A stretch of DNA of 64,000 nt from Acidobacteriota bacterium (GCA_046727855.1 JBKPDL010000006.1:27509-91508); one strand, 5' to 3'; shown: positions 17,637-26,698, counted from the first letter of the stretch. Notes: generated by a model from the sequence alone, not told the origin. Numbers and translations are program-made.

Positions 17637-18170
17637 CTAGTCCTCATCGTTGTGGCGTGCGTGATAGCGCGAGAACTCCTCCATATAGGTCAGCGACTCG
17701 AACGAGCGCATACGGTCAAAGAAGAGGATCCCATTCAGATGATCGGTTTCGTGCTGTACGACGCGTGCGGGGAAATCCTTGGCCTCGAACTCAATGCGTT
17801 TTCCGTGCCGATCGAGCGCAACGACGTTGATGTGAAAAGCGCGCGGTACCATGCCGCGAATGTCCGGAATGCTCAGGCATCCCTCCCAGCCCTCGATAGT
17901 CTTGTCACCAATCACCGAGATTTGTGGGTTGATGATCACGGAGGCTTCGCCCTCGGCGCGCCCTTCGGGATCGAGGTGGGCGACAAACAATCGGAGCCCT
18001 TCGTGGATCTGGGGTGCGGCAAGGCCGATGCCCGAATATTCGTGCATCGTCTTGATCATGTCGTCGATCAACTTCTGCATCTGTGGATCCTCGAGCTCCT
18101 GCTTGTCGATCGGACGTGCCTTCTGGCGCAGCACCGGGTGCCCCATGCGCGCCACTTTCAGGATGGACAT
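17637..18170 (-). CDS. def: Peptide deformylase
   Basis: Three canonical motifs: GIGLAAPQI, EGCLSIP, HETDHLNG. Confidence 0.93.
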   Translation of the reverse strand: MSILKVARMGHPVLRQKARPIDKQELEDPQMQKLIDDMIKTMHEYSGIGLAAPQIHEGLRLFVAHLDPEGRAEGEASVIINPQISVIGDKTIEGWEGCLSIPDIRGMVPRAFHINVVALDRHGKRIEFEAKDFPARVVQHETDHLNGILFFDRMRSFESLTYMEEFSRYHARHNDED

Positions 18171-18184
18171 GAAGGAAATCTTAT

Positions 18185-18763
18185 ATGGTCGCGGCCCTGA
18201 CGGTCCGCGCTACAGTACGGCGGTTGCACTCCCACGATCTCACGCCGCCCTATCGGTTCTGCCCCGTCTGTGGCAGTGCGCTCGAAGCACGGGTGCTCAA
18301 GGCCTCCGAGCCCAAGCGGCTGGTGTGCGTCAACGCAGCGTGTGGATTCGTGTTCTATCTCGACCCGAAGATCGCCGTCGGCACCGTCATCCGTATGAAC
18401 GGCGATATCGTGCTGGTCCGGCGCGCGATTGAGCCTGGATACGGCAAGTGGGTGTTTCCCGGCGGTTATGTCGATCGCGGCGAAGAGATCACGCTCGCGG
18501 CCATTCGCGAAGCGCGCGAAGAATCGGGCCTCGACGTGCGCATCGATCACCTGATCAACATCTATTCCTACGCTGGACGAACGCCGATCGTGGTCGTCTA
18601 TGCCGCAACGTGCATCGGTGGCACGCTCACGGTGGACGACGAAGGCCTCGAGGCGAAGGCCTTTGTGCCCGCGGCAATTCCGTGGGATGAGCTCGCGTTC
18701 CGCAGCACTCGCGAAGCGCTCACCGATTATCTGAACTCCGTGTCACTACACGGCCGCCGGTAA
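18185..18763 (+). CDS. NUDIX hydrolase with N-terminal zinc-ribbon
   Basis: CPVCGS...CVNAACG zinc ribbon. Nudix box GGYVDRGEEITLAAIREAREESGL. Confidence 0.85.
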   Translation: MVAALTVRATVRRLHSHDLTPPYRFCPVCGSALEARVLKASEPKRLVCVNAACGFVFYLDPKIAVGTVIRMNGDIVLVRRAIEPGYGKWVFPGGYVDRGEEITLAAIREAREESGLDVRIDHLINIYSYAGRTPIVVVYAATCIGGTLTVDDEGLEAKAFVPAAIPWDELAFRSTREALTDYLNSVSLHGRR

Positions 18764-19930
18764 TGGCACCGGCGGAAACTGGAAGCGCTCGAGCGCAGTC
18801 GTCGAAACGGCGAGATCAGCCATCGCTTCGATCGGCAGCGTGTCTTCGGCGGCCGTAATATCCCGGCGCCGCGCGCTCGTAACCGGATGACGCGGCGTGA
18901 AGAGCGTGCAGCAATCTTGGTCGGGAACGATCGAGATCGCATACGTCCCGAGCTTCTCCGCCTGCGCCGTGATTTCTTCCTTGTCCATGCCGATCAGCGG
19001 ACGGAACACGGGAAGGGTGGTCGCCTCGCCGATGGCAATGAGATTCTCCAGCGTCTGCGACGCCACCTGCCCCACGGCTTCGCCGGTGACGAGCGCGTGC
19101 GCGCGCCGCAGTCTGGCGATTCGCTCGGCGATGCGCAACATCATGCGCCGGTAGATCACCACACGCAGCGGCCCGGGCACGCTCAACGTAATCTGCCGCT
19201 GCAACTCGCCGAATGGGACCAGGTACAGGTGCGTGTGGAACTGATATCGCGTCAGCAGTTGCGCCAGCTCGCGCGCCTTGTCCTGCGATGTCCGCGACAG
19301 AAACGGATAACTGTGAAAGTGGATGAGCGTGGTTGCGCATCCACGCTTCATCATCCGCCACGCGGCTACTGGAGAATCGATGCCGCCCGACAGCAGCGCG
19401 GCGACACGGCCGGCGGTTCCCATGGGCAGCCCGCCCGGCCCGGGCAGCTTGCCAAAGTGGTAATAGGCCTCGTTTCGTACGAGCTCCACGCCAATCGTCA
19501 TGGCCGGGTGCGACAAGTTGACGTTCCAGCCGCGCGCGTCCTGCACGCGGCGTCCAAGCACGCGCTCGATCTCGGGAGAAGGAAGAGGAAATCGTTTGTC
19601 GGCCCGCCGCACGGCAATGCGAAAGCTGGCTACCGGCTCCTGCGGCAGATCGTGTACGAGCGCGTCGCCAATCGCATCGATGTCAAGCGAGACGCGGCGG
19701 GCGAGCGAAAAATTGGCAAGACCAAACATGCGGCCGAGACGTTCTCGGACTTCGGGCCACACAGCCTCGTTACCCAGGACGATCTCGATGCGCCCCATTG
19801 GCGTGCGCACTTCGCGGACGTCAAGGTCGGACAGCGCCAGCCGGATGTTGCGCACGAGCCGGTGCAGAAACCACGGCCGGTTTTTGCGCTTGAGCGCGAT
19901 CTCCTGGTAGTGCGCTATGACGGATAACAC
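18746..19930 (-). CDS. thiI: tRNA 4-thiouridine synthase ThiI (THUMP plus PP-loop, no rhodanese domain)
   Basis: PP-loop LLSGGIDSPVAAW, a THUMP-like N-half and conserved ALVTGEAVGQVASQT. Confidence 0.85.
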   Translation of the reverse strand: MLSVIAHYQEIALKRKNRPWFLHRLVRNIRLALSDLDVREVRTPMGRIEIVLGNEAVWPEVRERLGRMFGLANFSLARRVSLDIDAIGDALVHDLPQEPVASFRIAVRRADKRFPLPSPEIERVLGRRVQDARGWNVNLSHPAMTIGVELVRNEAYYHFGKLPGPGGLPMGTAGRVAALLSGGIDSPVAAWRMMKRGCATTLIHFHSYPFLSRTSQDKARELAQLLTRYQFHTHLYLVPFGELQRQITLSVPGPLRVVIYRRMMLRIAERIARLRRAHALVTGEAVGQVASQTLENLIAIGEATTLPVFRPLIGMDKEEITAQAEKLGTYAISIVPDQDCCTLFTPRHPVTSARRRDITAAEDTLPIEAMADLAVSTTALERFQFPPVPLPAAV

Positions 19931-21258
19931 GCGTTCCTCAACGCCGCGCGCGCCGCGGCATGCCCCGACACAACCGCACTTTCAATCGTAGCGGGGAGCC
20001 CGGTGTCGATCCAATCACCGGCGAGCAGCAGGCCCGCGATCGGAGTCACCGTCGCGGGACGCGCCGGCATGGAGGGCGACAACGAAAAGGTCGCGCGCCG
20101 CTCGCGAACGACGGAGGTGCGCCGAATCTCCGCGCTGCGCATCGCCGGCACGGCCTGTTCGAGCTCAGCGACGGCCATGCGGCGTACCGCGTCGTTATCG
20201 AGCGCGACGATCGCTTGCGCGCCGCTCGAGACGAGTGACAGGTGCGAAAAGGCACCACCCAGGATGCGCGCCTTGTCGAACACCCATTGAAATGCGCGGC
20301 CTGGGAGGCCGATGAAGTCGTCTTCCAGAACAGGACGATCCAGCCACAGATTCAGCGTGACAATCGGTGAGCTGGCGAGGGCACGCGCGTTCGCAATCGT
20401 TCCATCAATCGAAGACGGGGCGCCGGCGAGTAGATTGGGCAGCGCAAACCAGGGCACTGCGCTCACGATCGTGGGCGCAGCGAAAACATCGTCGCCGACC
20501 GATACACCGTGAATTTTCCCGCCTGCGAACACGACGCGCGCGAGTTGGCCAGTTTTGCAGACAGAGCCGCGATCCGTCAGGTAAGTACGCGCGGGCTCCG
20601 CGTACAATTCGTCCAGCAGCGTGCCCGGCAACAGAATGGTGGCCGCGTCGCCGTCGGACGCGAGCATTCGGCCGATCACGGTGAGGAACGGCGCAGCGGA
20701 CGCCTGATCGATCGACTGGTTCAGCGTCGCCAGCGCCAACGGCTCCCAAAACAATTTGCAAAGCCGCGCCGGCTGACGATGCCGCTCAAGCCACTGGCGC
20801 ACCGTTTCGCCGGTTGGCGGCGCCGCCGAGCCTTTCGACAGGCGCTGTAGAACGGGGCCGATGCGAAGCACCGCGAGGCGTTCGCTCCATGAGAGCTCGC
20901 GCCACGCGAGCACGCCCGCAAAGAGATGCAGCGGCGGCGGCAGCGGCGGCAAACTCAGCTCGAGGCGCGATCCGTCTTCGCCGATCAGCGCGACGTCGAG
21001 CGTCGTGGGGCGGCGCAGCGCGCTGTCCCGTCCAATGCGGCGGAGAAATCGCAGCGTTTCGTCGTAGCATCCGGCGAGCACGTGCTGGCCGTTGTCGATT
21101 CGTTCGCCAGTGACGGGGTCGCGATAGGCGGTCGCGCGGCCGCCGAGATGCGGGCGCGCTTCGATTACCAGCACACGCGCGCCCGCCTCGGCCAGCGCGG
21201 TCGCGGCGGAGAGACCCGCGAACCCGCCGCCGATCACAATCGCGTCGGCATCACTCAA
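19915..21258 (-). CDS. hpnE: Hydroxysqualene dehydroxylase (FAD-dependent, phytoene-desaturase family)
   Basis: FAD fold IVIGGGFAGLSAA. Amine-oxidase-like length (447 aa). Third position after the two squalene-synthase-family genes, with overlapping start and stop codons. Confidence 0.75.
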   Translation of the reverse strand: MSDADAIVIGGGFAGLSAATALAEAGARVLVIEARPHLGGRATAYRDPVTGERIDNGQHVLAGCYDETLRFLRRIGRDSALRRPTTLDVALIGEDGSRLELSLPPLPPPLHLFAGVLAWRELSWSERLAVLRIGPVLQRLSKGSAAPPTGETVRQWLERHRQPARLCKLFWEPLALATLNQSIDQASAAPFLTVIGRMLASDGDAATILLPGTLLDELYAEPARTYLTDRGSVCKTGQLARVVFAGGKIHGVSVGDDVFAAPTIVSAVPWFALPNLLAGAPSSIDGTIANARALASSPIVTLNLWLDRPVLEDDFIGLPGRAFQWVFDKARILGGAFSHLSLVSSGAQAIVALDNDAVRRMAVAELEQAVPAMRSAEIRRTSVVRERRATFSLSPSMPARPATVTPIAGLLLAGDWIDTGLPATIESAVVSGHAAARAALRNACYPS

Positions 21259-22138
21259 CTTCGGCTTTCAGCATTCGCAGACCATCACGCTGCAGGCTCG
21301 AGGCGATGGTTTTAATCCACGTGACGATAGCAATCACGGCGCGGGCGGGACGCGGCACGCGAATGACGTGAGAGAACACATCGTAGTTACGGCGTTCGAC
21401 GCGCCGGAGAATCTCGAGATACACGGCACCCATGATTTCCGCGGCCACCAACCGGCGTGCGTTGGTATGGCGCAGCGCCGCGGCGGCGTGTGCGAAATAC
21501 TGCCGCGCGCGTGCCGCTTCGAATGCCAGGAGCGCGCGCACAGGCCCCGTCATCACCCCGCGGCGCAAGTCCTCATCCGAGCAGCCAAATCGCGACATAT
21601 CCTCCTGCGGCAGATAGACACGGCCGCGCGCAAGATCGACGCCCACGTCACGAAGAATGTTGGTCAACTGCAGCGCAAGTCCCAGATTGATCGCGTAATC
21701 CCGCGCCGCCTGGTCGCGGCAGCCGAAGATCTCGATGCAGACGAGTCCGACCGCGGATGCGACGCGGCGGCAGTAGCCGGCGAGCTCGTCGAACGTCTCG
21801 TAGCGATCGTGGCCGAGGTCCATTCGGACGCCATCGATCAGGTCGTCGAAGGGTTGTCGCGGAAGATGAAACGCGAGCACGACAGGCTTGAGCGAGCGGC
21901 CTTGCGTGGTCGCCGGGGCCGCCGATGCGAAGCACGCATCGACTTCGCTGCGCCAACCGGCAAGTTCCCGTTCGGCCTTCTCGCGCGCGGCCGGCGACAG
22001 CGGCCACTCACCGAGCGGCACCGCTTCGTCGACAGCGTCATCCACCGCGCGGCAGAAGTCCCACACCGCCACGATAGCGTTGCGCTTTGCCGGCGGCAGC
22101 ATCAGGAAGGCGTAGTAGAAGGACGTGTCGCGCGCCAT
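21251..22138 (-). CDS. hpnD: Presqualene diphosphate synthase (squalene/phytoene synthase family)
   Basis: SFYYAFLMLP, Asp-rich CRAVDDAVDE and ILRDVGVD. Second of a tandem pair. Confidence 0.78.
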   Translation of the reverse strand: MARDTSFYYAFLMLPPAKRNAIVAVWDFCRAVDDAVDEAVPLGEWPLSPAAREKAERELAGWRSEVDACFASAAPATTQGRSLKPVVLAFHLPRQPFDDLIDGVRMDLGHDRYETFDELAGYCRRVASAVGLVCIEIFGCRDQAARDYAINLGLALQLTNILRDVGVDLARGRVYLPQEDMSRFGCSDEDLRRGVMTGPVRALLAFEAARARQYFAHAAAALRHTNARRLVAAEIMGAVYLEILRRVERRNYDVFSHVIRVPRPARAVIAIVTWIKTIASSLQRDGLRMLKAEVE

Positions 22139-22154
22139 TTTGCGTACTGCAGCC

Positions 22155-23072
22155 CTACCAGCGGGCAGTTCTCCACGCTATCACCAACGCGTCTCGCCAT
22201 CCGAGTGACGGTCGGCGGCGAAACACATCGAACTCGCCGCGCTCGAGACGCTCCAGGATGCGGACGCCGCCGAGCCACGTCACGCGGAGCTCGTAGCGCA
22301 GTCGGCCCGCGACGCCGTCGGCAACCGGCCGTCCGGTTTCGAACAGCCCGCGCGTGCGCTCGGCCGCGCGCGCCAATGCTGACTGCCATGCCGGCGTGAG
22401 CCGGCCGGCGTCGAGATCAGCCAGCGACGCGCCCGCGGCCCGCCACTCCTCGGCTGGAAGATAGAGACGGCCGCGCTGCCAGTCGACCGCAAAGTCCTGC
22501 CAGAAATTCGTGAGCTGCAACGCCGTGCACATCGCATCGGATTGACGGTCCAGTTCGGGATCCTGGTACCCGAACAGGCGCAAAACCAGCCGCCCCACAG
22601 GATTCGCAGAGCGCCGGCAGTAATCCGACACGTCCCGCCACGTTTCGTAGCGACTGGTTGTGACGTCCTGCCGAAATGCGCTCAATAAATCCTCGAACGG
22701 CTCGATCGGCAGCGCGAATTGCTGTCGCGTGTGCGCGAGCGCCGCAAACACGCCCTGGCGCGCCGACGCGGCGTCGGGCGGCGACAGTTGGGACGACTCC
22801 GCGCGCGCGGGTTCCTCGGTCACGATGGGCGTTGACCTCACCATGCGGCCCCATTCATTCAGCAGTTCGAGCCGCTCGGCGGGTGATCGCCCGGGCTCGT
22901 CGGCGAAGTCGTCCGCAATGCGAGCAAACGTGTAGATCACCGCGACGTGCGGCCGCAGTGCTTTGGGCAGCAACCACGAGGCAACAGGAAAGTTCTCCGG
23001 ATGCTCGCGCGCGACACGTTGACACTCGTTGTACGCCTCAGACAGCGCGGCGGCCCCGGCGGTCCTCACCAT
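22155..23072 (-). CDS. hpnC: Hydroxysqualene synthase (squalene/phytoene synthase family)
   Basis: ENFPVASWLLP, Asp-rich FARIADDFADE and NFWQDFAVD. First of the tandem pair. Confidence 0.78.
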   Translation of the reverse strand: MVRTAGAAALSEAYNECQRVAREHPENFPVASWLLPKALRPHVAVIYTFARIADDFADEPGRSPAERLELLNEWGRMVRSTPIVTEEPARAESSQLSPPDAASARQGVFAALAHTRQQFALPIEPFEDLLSAFRQDVTTSRYETWRDVSDYCRRSANPVGRLVLRLFGYQDPELDRQSDAMCTALQLTNFWQDFAVDWQRGRLYLPAEEWRAAGASLADLDAGRLTPAWQSALARAAERTRGLFETGRPVADGVAGRLRYELRVTWLGGVRILERLERGEFDVFRRRPSLGWRDALVIAWRTARW

Positions 23073-23605
23073 TCGGTTTCAGGGACGCCCGCGCGTTGAT
23101 TGGCCGCGCGCGCCATCACAAAGAGCAGATCGGAAAGACGATTCAGATACACGCGGACGACCGGCTCGACGGCTTCTCCGCCCAGCGCCAGCGTCGCGCG
23201 TTCCGCGCGGCGGCACACAGTGCGCGCCACATGCAGCGCGGCGCCCGGCATCGCCCCCCCGGCGAGGATGAAGTGCCGCAGCGGCGGCAGCGCTCCTTCG
23301 AGTTGATCGATCCATCCTTCGAGCCGCGCGACGCTCCGATCGTCGATGACCACTTTGGTCACCCGCGGCGCGATACGTTGCGCGGGGTCGGCGAGCCTCG
23401 CGCCAAGCGCAAAGAGATCACGCTGCAGTGCGATCGTCATCTCGCGCAGTTCGGCATCGAGACCGGCCGCGGCGGCCAGGCCGAGGCAGGCGTGCAGTTC
23501 GTCCACTTCGCCGTAGGCCACGACGCGCGGATCGGTCTTGGGCACGCGGGTGCCGTCGAATAGGCTGGTTTCGCCGGCATCGCCGCTTTTTGTGTAGATT
23601 TTCAC
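23066..23605 (-). CDS. ATP:cob(I)alamin adenosyltransferase, PduO type
   Basis: The N-terminus MKIYTKSGDAGETSLFDGTRV is the PduO/MMAB-type signature. Length is 179 aa. Its 3' end overlaps the hpnC start by 7 nt. Confidence 0.85.
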   Translation of the reverse strand: MKIYTKSGDAGETSLFDGTRVPKTDPRVVAYGEVDELHACLGLAAAAGLDAELREMTIALQRDLFALGARLADPAQRIAPRVTKVVIDDRSVARLEGWIDQLEGALPPLRHFILAGGAMPGAALHVARTVCRRAERATLALGGEAVEPVVRVYLNRLSDLLFVMARAANQRAGVPETEW

Positions 23606-23633
23606 CTGGCCCGATTATAAAAGCCGATCGACC

Positions 23634-24332
23634 TTGCCGCGCCCATCGCCGCCGCCAGCACTCCCAAGCAGTCTCGATCGCCAGCGCTTTCGCCGGACGC
23701 TGCTTGCGTGGTATCGGAAATACGGGCGCGATCTCCCGTGGCGGCGCACCGACGATCCGTACCACATTCTCGTTTCCGAAATCATGCTGCAGCAGACGCA
23801 GGTCGATCGCGTGCTGCCGAAATACCAGGAGTGGCTCGCGAAGTATCCCTCATTCGAAGCGCTCGCCGGCGCGCCGATCGACGAGGTCACGAAAACCTGG
23901 TATCCGCTCGGCTACAACATCCGGCCCAAGCGCCTGCATTCGATCGCGCGCGAGGCGATGGAAAAATTCGGCGGCGAGCTGCCCTCCGACGAGGCCACGC
24001 TGCGATCGTTCAAAGGCATCGGCGATTACACGGTCGGCGCGATTCGCAGCTTCGCCTTCCGCGAGCGCGCGGCCATCCTCGACACCAACGTGGCACGCGT
24101 GCTCCTGCGCGTCTTCGGCGGCGGCGGCCGCGCCAAGGCGCATGCGACCAGGCGCCACCTGTGGAATCTGTCGGAGGCGCTGGTGCCGCGCCGGCAGGTG
24201 TTCGATTTCAACCAGGCGTTGATGGACTTCGGCGCCACCGTGTGCGTTGCGCGTCAACCAAAGTGCTTGATCTGCCCGATGCGGCGGATGTGCCGCGCCT
24301 ATCCCTGGAATCCGGACAACGAGCCGCGCTGA
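23634..24332 (+). CDS. MutY-family HhH-GPD DNA glycosylase, catalytic domain only
   Basis: VSEIMLQQTQV, HhH FKGIGDYTVGAI and 4Fe-4S loop CVARQPKCLICPMRRMC. At 232 aa it lacks the C-terminal MutT-like domain of full-length MutY. Confidence 0.8.
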   Translation: MPRPSPPPALPSSLDRQRFRRTLLAWYRKYGRDLPWRRTDDPYHILVSEIMLQQTQVDRVLPKYQEWLAKYPSFEALAGAPIDEVTKTWYPLGYNIRPKRLHSIAREAMEKFGGELPSDEATLRSFKGIGDYTVGAIRSFAFRERAAILDTNVARVLLRVFGGGGRAKAHATRRHLWNLSEALVPRRQVFDFNQALMDFGATVCVARQPKCLICPMRRMCRAYPWNPDNEPR

Positions 24333-24407
24333 CGACACCGGCGAGCGTCCCGTAACGATGAGCTCGACGGCCGACCACGGCAGTTCGGCCAGGAAGACCG
24401 CGCCATT

Positions 24408-24426
24408 ATGGTAGTATTACTACCAT
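24408..24426. promoter_or_regulatory. Perfect 19-bp palindrome ATGGTAGTA-T-TACTACCAT, candidate TetR operator
   Basis: Read directly. It lies 26 nt upstream of the TetR ATG (24452) and is AT-rich relative to its surroundings. Confidence 0.6.
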
Positions 24427-24451
24427 CCACTCGCGTTGGATGGAATGACGC

Positions 24452-25114
24452 ATGACACCGCGTCCGACGAGGGATCAAAGCTCATCCCGCAGCCGGTTGC
24501 TGCAGGCTGCCAAGCGCCTGTTCGCGCTGCAAGGATACGAACAAACCGCCACCTCAGCTATCGCTCGCGAGGCGGGCACGTCCGAATCTCAGCTGATGCG
24601 CTATTTCGGCGGCAAGGTTGGGCTGCTGGATGCGCTGTTCAACGACGCCTGGCTCGAGCTCAACGAACGCGTCCGCAAAGTCGTGAGAGAAGCCGCGACC
24701 AGCCGCGACGCCATCGTCAACGTGCTGCAGCTGATCGCCGGATCGCTCGCGCGCGATCCTGATCTCGCAACCCTTTTCCTGTTCGAAGGCCGTCGTTTGC
24801 GCGGCGACACCCCGCGCGTGCGTTTGTCCGAAGGCTTTCAGGCGTTCGCGGACATCGTCAAGGGTCTGGTGAGGAAGGGGCAAGCCGATCGTGAGATCGA
24901 TCCGCGGCTCGATGCCGGCGCCGTCGCCTCCGCCATGATGGGCGCGTGCGAATCGATGATACGCGACCGAGCGGTGGCACGCGATACTGGCAGCCGCACC
25001 TTTGCCGAGCGCGAAATCAAGCGCACGCTCGAGGCGATGATCGCTGGCTTCTCCGGCCGATCCGCGAAGGCGGTCAAGACTGCTCGCGGGACGCGCGCCC
25101 GCCAGGCGAGCTAA
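24452..25114 (+). CDS. TetR-family transcriptional regulator
   Basis: HTH LLQAAKRLFALQGYEQTATSAIAREAGTSESQLMRYFGGKVGLL. Confidence 0.85.
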   Translation: MTPRPTRDQSSSRSRLLQAAKRLFALQGYEQTATSAIAREAGTSESQLMRYFGGKVGLLDALFNDAWLELNERVRKVVREAATSRDAIVNVLQLIAGSLARDPDLATLFLFEGRRLRGDTPRVRLSEGFQAFADIVKGLVRKGQADREIDPRLDAGAVASAMMGACESMIRDRAVARDTGSRTFAEREIKRTLEAMIAGFSGRSAKAVKTARGTRARQAS

Positions 25115-25553
25115 GCAGCCGAATCAGCTGCGCGTCGGCATCTGGAAACGGCAGCGACGTCAAGTCCTCGCGCTTCACCCAGCGCATCTCCTGACCAAGC
25201 ATCGGCTTGGGCTCACCACGGTAGCCGCAGCGATAGAAATGAAGTTCGACCGTCTTCTCCGGATACGTGTGCGTGATCGACTGAACGAGCTCGCCGACAT
25301 CAGCCACGATGTCGAGCTCCTCGTGAAGCTCGCGGCGCAACGCTTCGATGTGTGTTTCGTGCGGATAGCACTGGCCGCCGGGAAATTCCCAGCGGCCCTC
25401 GAGATGCGTCCCCGCGGGCCGCAATGTCAGGAGAAAGGACTCGTCCCGCTCGATGACAGCGGCGACGACGGTAATCGGCACGCCGTAAAAAGTATCAGTT
25501 GTTGCGCGGTCGCTTGCGCCTGGGACACGAGTGGCGGGGCAAAGCCCCGCCAC
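25074..25553 (-). CDS. NUDIX hydrolase, MutT-like (8-oxo-dGTP diphosphatase-like)
   Basis: Nudix box GRWEFPGGQCYPHETHIEALRRELHEELDI. The start is uncertain (an internal GTG at 25481 is possible). The 3' end overlaps the convergent TetR gene. Confidence 0.75.
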   Translation of the reverse strand: MAGLCPATRVPGASDRATTDTFYGVPITVVAAVIERDESFLLTLRPAGTHLEGRWEFPGGQCYPHETHIEALRRELHEELDIVADVGELVQSITHTYPEKTVELHFYRCGYRGEPKPMLGQEMRWVKREDLTSLPFPDADAQLIRLLSSPGGRASREQS

Positions 25554-25562
25554 CAGGAGAAA

Positions 25563-26426
25563 CTAACGACGGGTCGTTCCCACAAGTTGGACTTGCACCT
25601 GGAACTCGCCGCCGTTGTCATTGACGTGGTCGTCATTGATTCCGAGGAAGAGTTCACCACCGGTTGCCATCGGGATCGTCGCGCCGTCAGGAATCGCGAA
25701 AGGAGCCGAGTTGCCGATCTTCCCAATCAACGCGCCCGCGAGCGCGCTCGGCAGTGGCGCGCCAGCGGTGCGGCGGCCCTGTGTCGAACCGGCCGGCGTG
25801 GCGACGTCGGATTCCTGCGACAGCCTCACCTGACCACTGGCGTTGAACGCCAGTCGATCACCGCGACGCACGACGATGTTGGTCGGGACCCACGCGGCGT
25901 TGCCGGGCACGCGAATCGCTCCGGCAGGGATGTTCTTGGCAGGTTGGTTCGCGGAGGTGTTGAACGGATAGTTGCCGAAGTAAATACGGCCAACTTGATT
26001 GAGCCCAATCCGCCGCTCTTCACCGCCGACGCGGAAGATCAGCGTATGCGGCTCGTCTGGCGACGTATTCGCTTCGCCGCCGCGGATGTCCACGAACTGC
26101 CCCTGCCAGTGCGATCCGTTGCGCAGCATGACGAGGTGCTCCGGTCGCGCGGCAACCGAGAGCTCCGTATCGGGCAGCCCCTGAGCGCCGCCGACAAAGT
26201 CGATCACCAGCGTTTCACCGATAGGAATACGTCGCTGATCGTTGAGAGAGACGCGCACGTAGACCGTGCCGTTTTCAACGTCTTCGAGCACACCGGAGAC
26301 ACGTTCGCCGCTGCGCGTGAGCACCGTTGCGCGGTGCTCGGGATCGGCGATGGCGAAGCCCGGCATCGCGAGCCACGTCAACGCAACCATGAGGACGAGT
26401 TTGCGAATTGCCATGTCACCGGCCAT
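25563..26426 (-). CDS. Secreted protein with C-terminal PA-IL/LecA-like lectin domain
   Basis: Signal peptide MAIRKLVLMVALTWLAMPGFAIA. The C-terminus GALIGKIGNSAPFAIP...LFLGINDDHVNDNGGEFQVQVQL parallels Pseudomonas LecA (GALVMKIGNSGTIPV...[21 protein letters not shown]) as I recall it. Confidence 0.6.
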   Translation of the reverse strand: MAGDMAIRKLVLMVALTWLAMPGFAIADPEHRATVLTRSGERVSGVLEDVENGTVYVRVSLNDQRRIPIGETLVIDFVGGAQGLPDTELSVAARPEHLVMLRNGSHWQGQFVDIRGGEANTSPDEPHTLIFRVGGEERRIGLNQVGRIYFGNYPFNTSANQPAKNIPAGAIRVPGNAAWVPTNIVVRRGDRLAFNASGQVRLSQESDVATPAGSTQGRRTAGAPLPSALAGALIGKIGNSAPFAIPDGATIPMATGGELFLGINDDHVNDNGGEFQVQVQLVGTTRR

Positions 26427-26698
26427 TGCAAGGAAGATTCCAGAACGCTCACCTCATTTCGGTGCAACCGAACCCGCTGGGACCGGGCCGCGTCCACGCC
26501 AGATGCCTATTCGATTCCAGCACCTTGACGCGAACGTACCGTTCATCGCCCTTGATGGCCGTACGCAGCCCTACAGTGCTTGCTCCGATAAAACCCCGTC
26601 CGCCGCGCCCGACGAACTGGATGAGCTTTCAGCTCATGTTGTCGTGCTTGACCTCGACGGTCGTCGGATGCGGCGGTGACCATGCCCGAGAGCACAGG

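Noticed and set aside
26427-26442. Sigma-54-like -24/-12 element TGGAAT-CTTCC-TTGCA on the minus strand upstream of the LecA-like gene; an NtrC-family activator is encoded at 38208
   Set aside because: The GG-N10-GC spacing fits. However, the -12 element directly abuts the first ATG and lies only about 12 nt from the second, leaving essentially no leader. A single degenerate match in 64 kb is not evidence. It is kept only as a note.
25239-26528. 429-aa plus-strand ORF
   Set aside because: It is antisense to the MutT-like and LecA-like genes, which have clear motifs and a signal peptide. It has no motifs and a low-complexity Arg/Asp composition.
26505-26530. TTCGATTCC, a T-loop-like sequence suggesting a tRNA
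   Set aside because: The flanking 5-mers (GCCTA / CCAGC) are not complementary, so no T-arm forms. No acceptor or anticodon arms could be built. No tRNA was found anywhere in the window.
26621-26637. Hairpin ATGAGCT-TTC-AGCTCAT downstream of the ygfZ-like gene as a terminator
   Set aside because: The stem is short (7 bp) and no U-tract follows on the relevant (minus) strand. It could be fortuitous.
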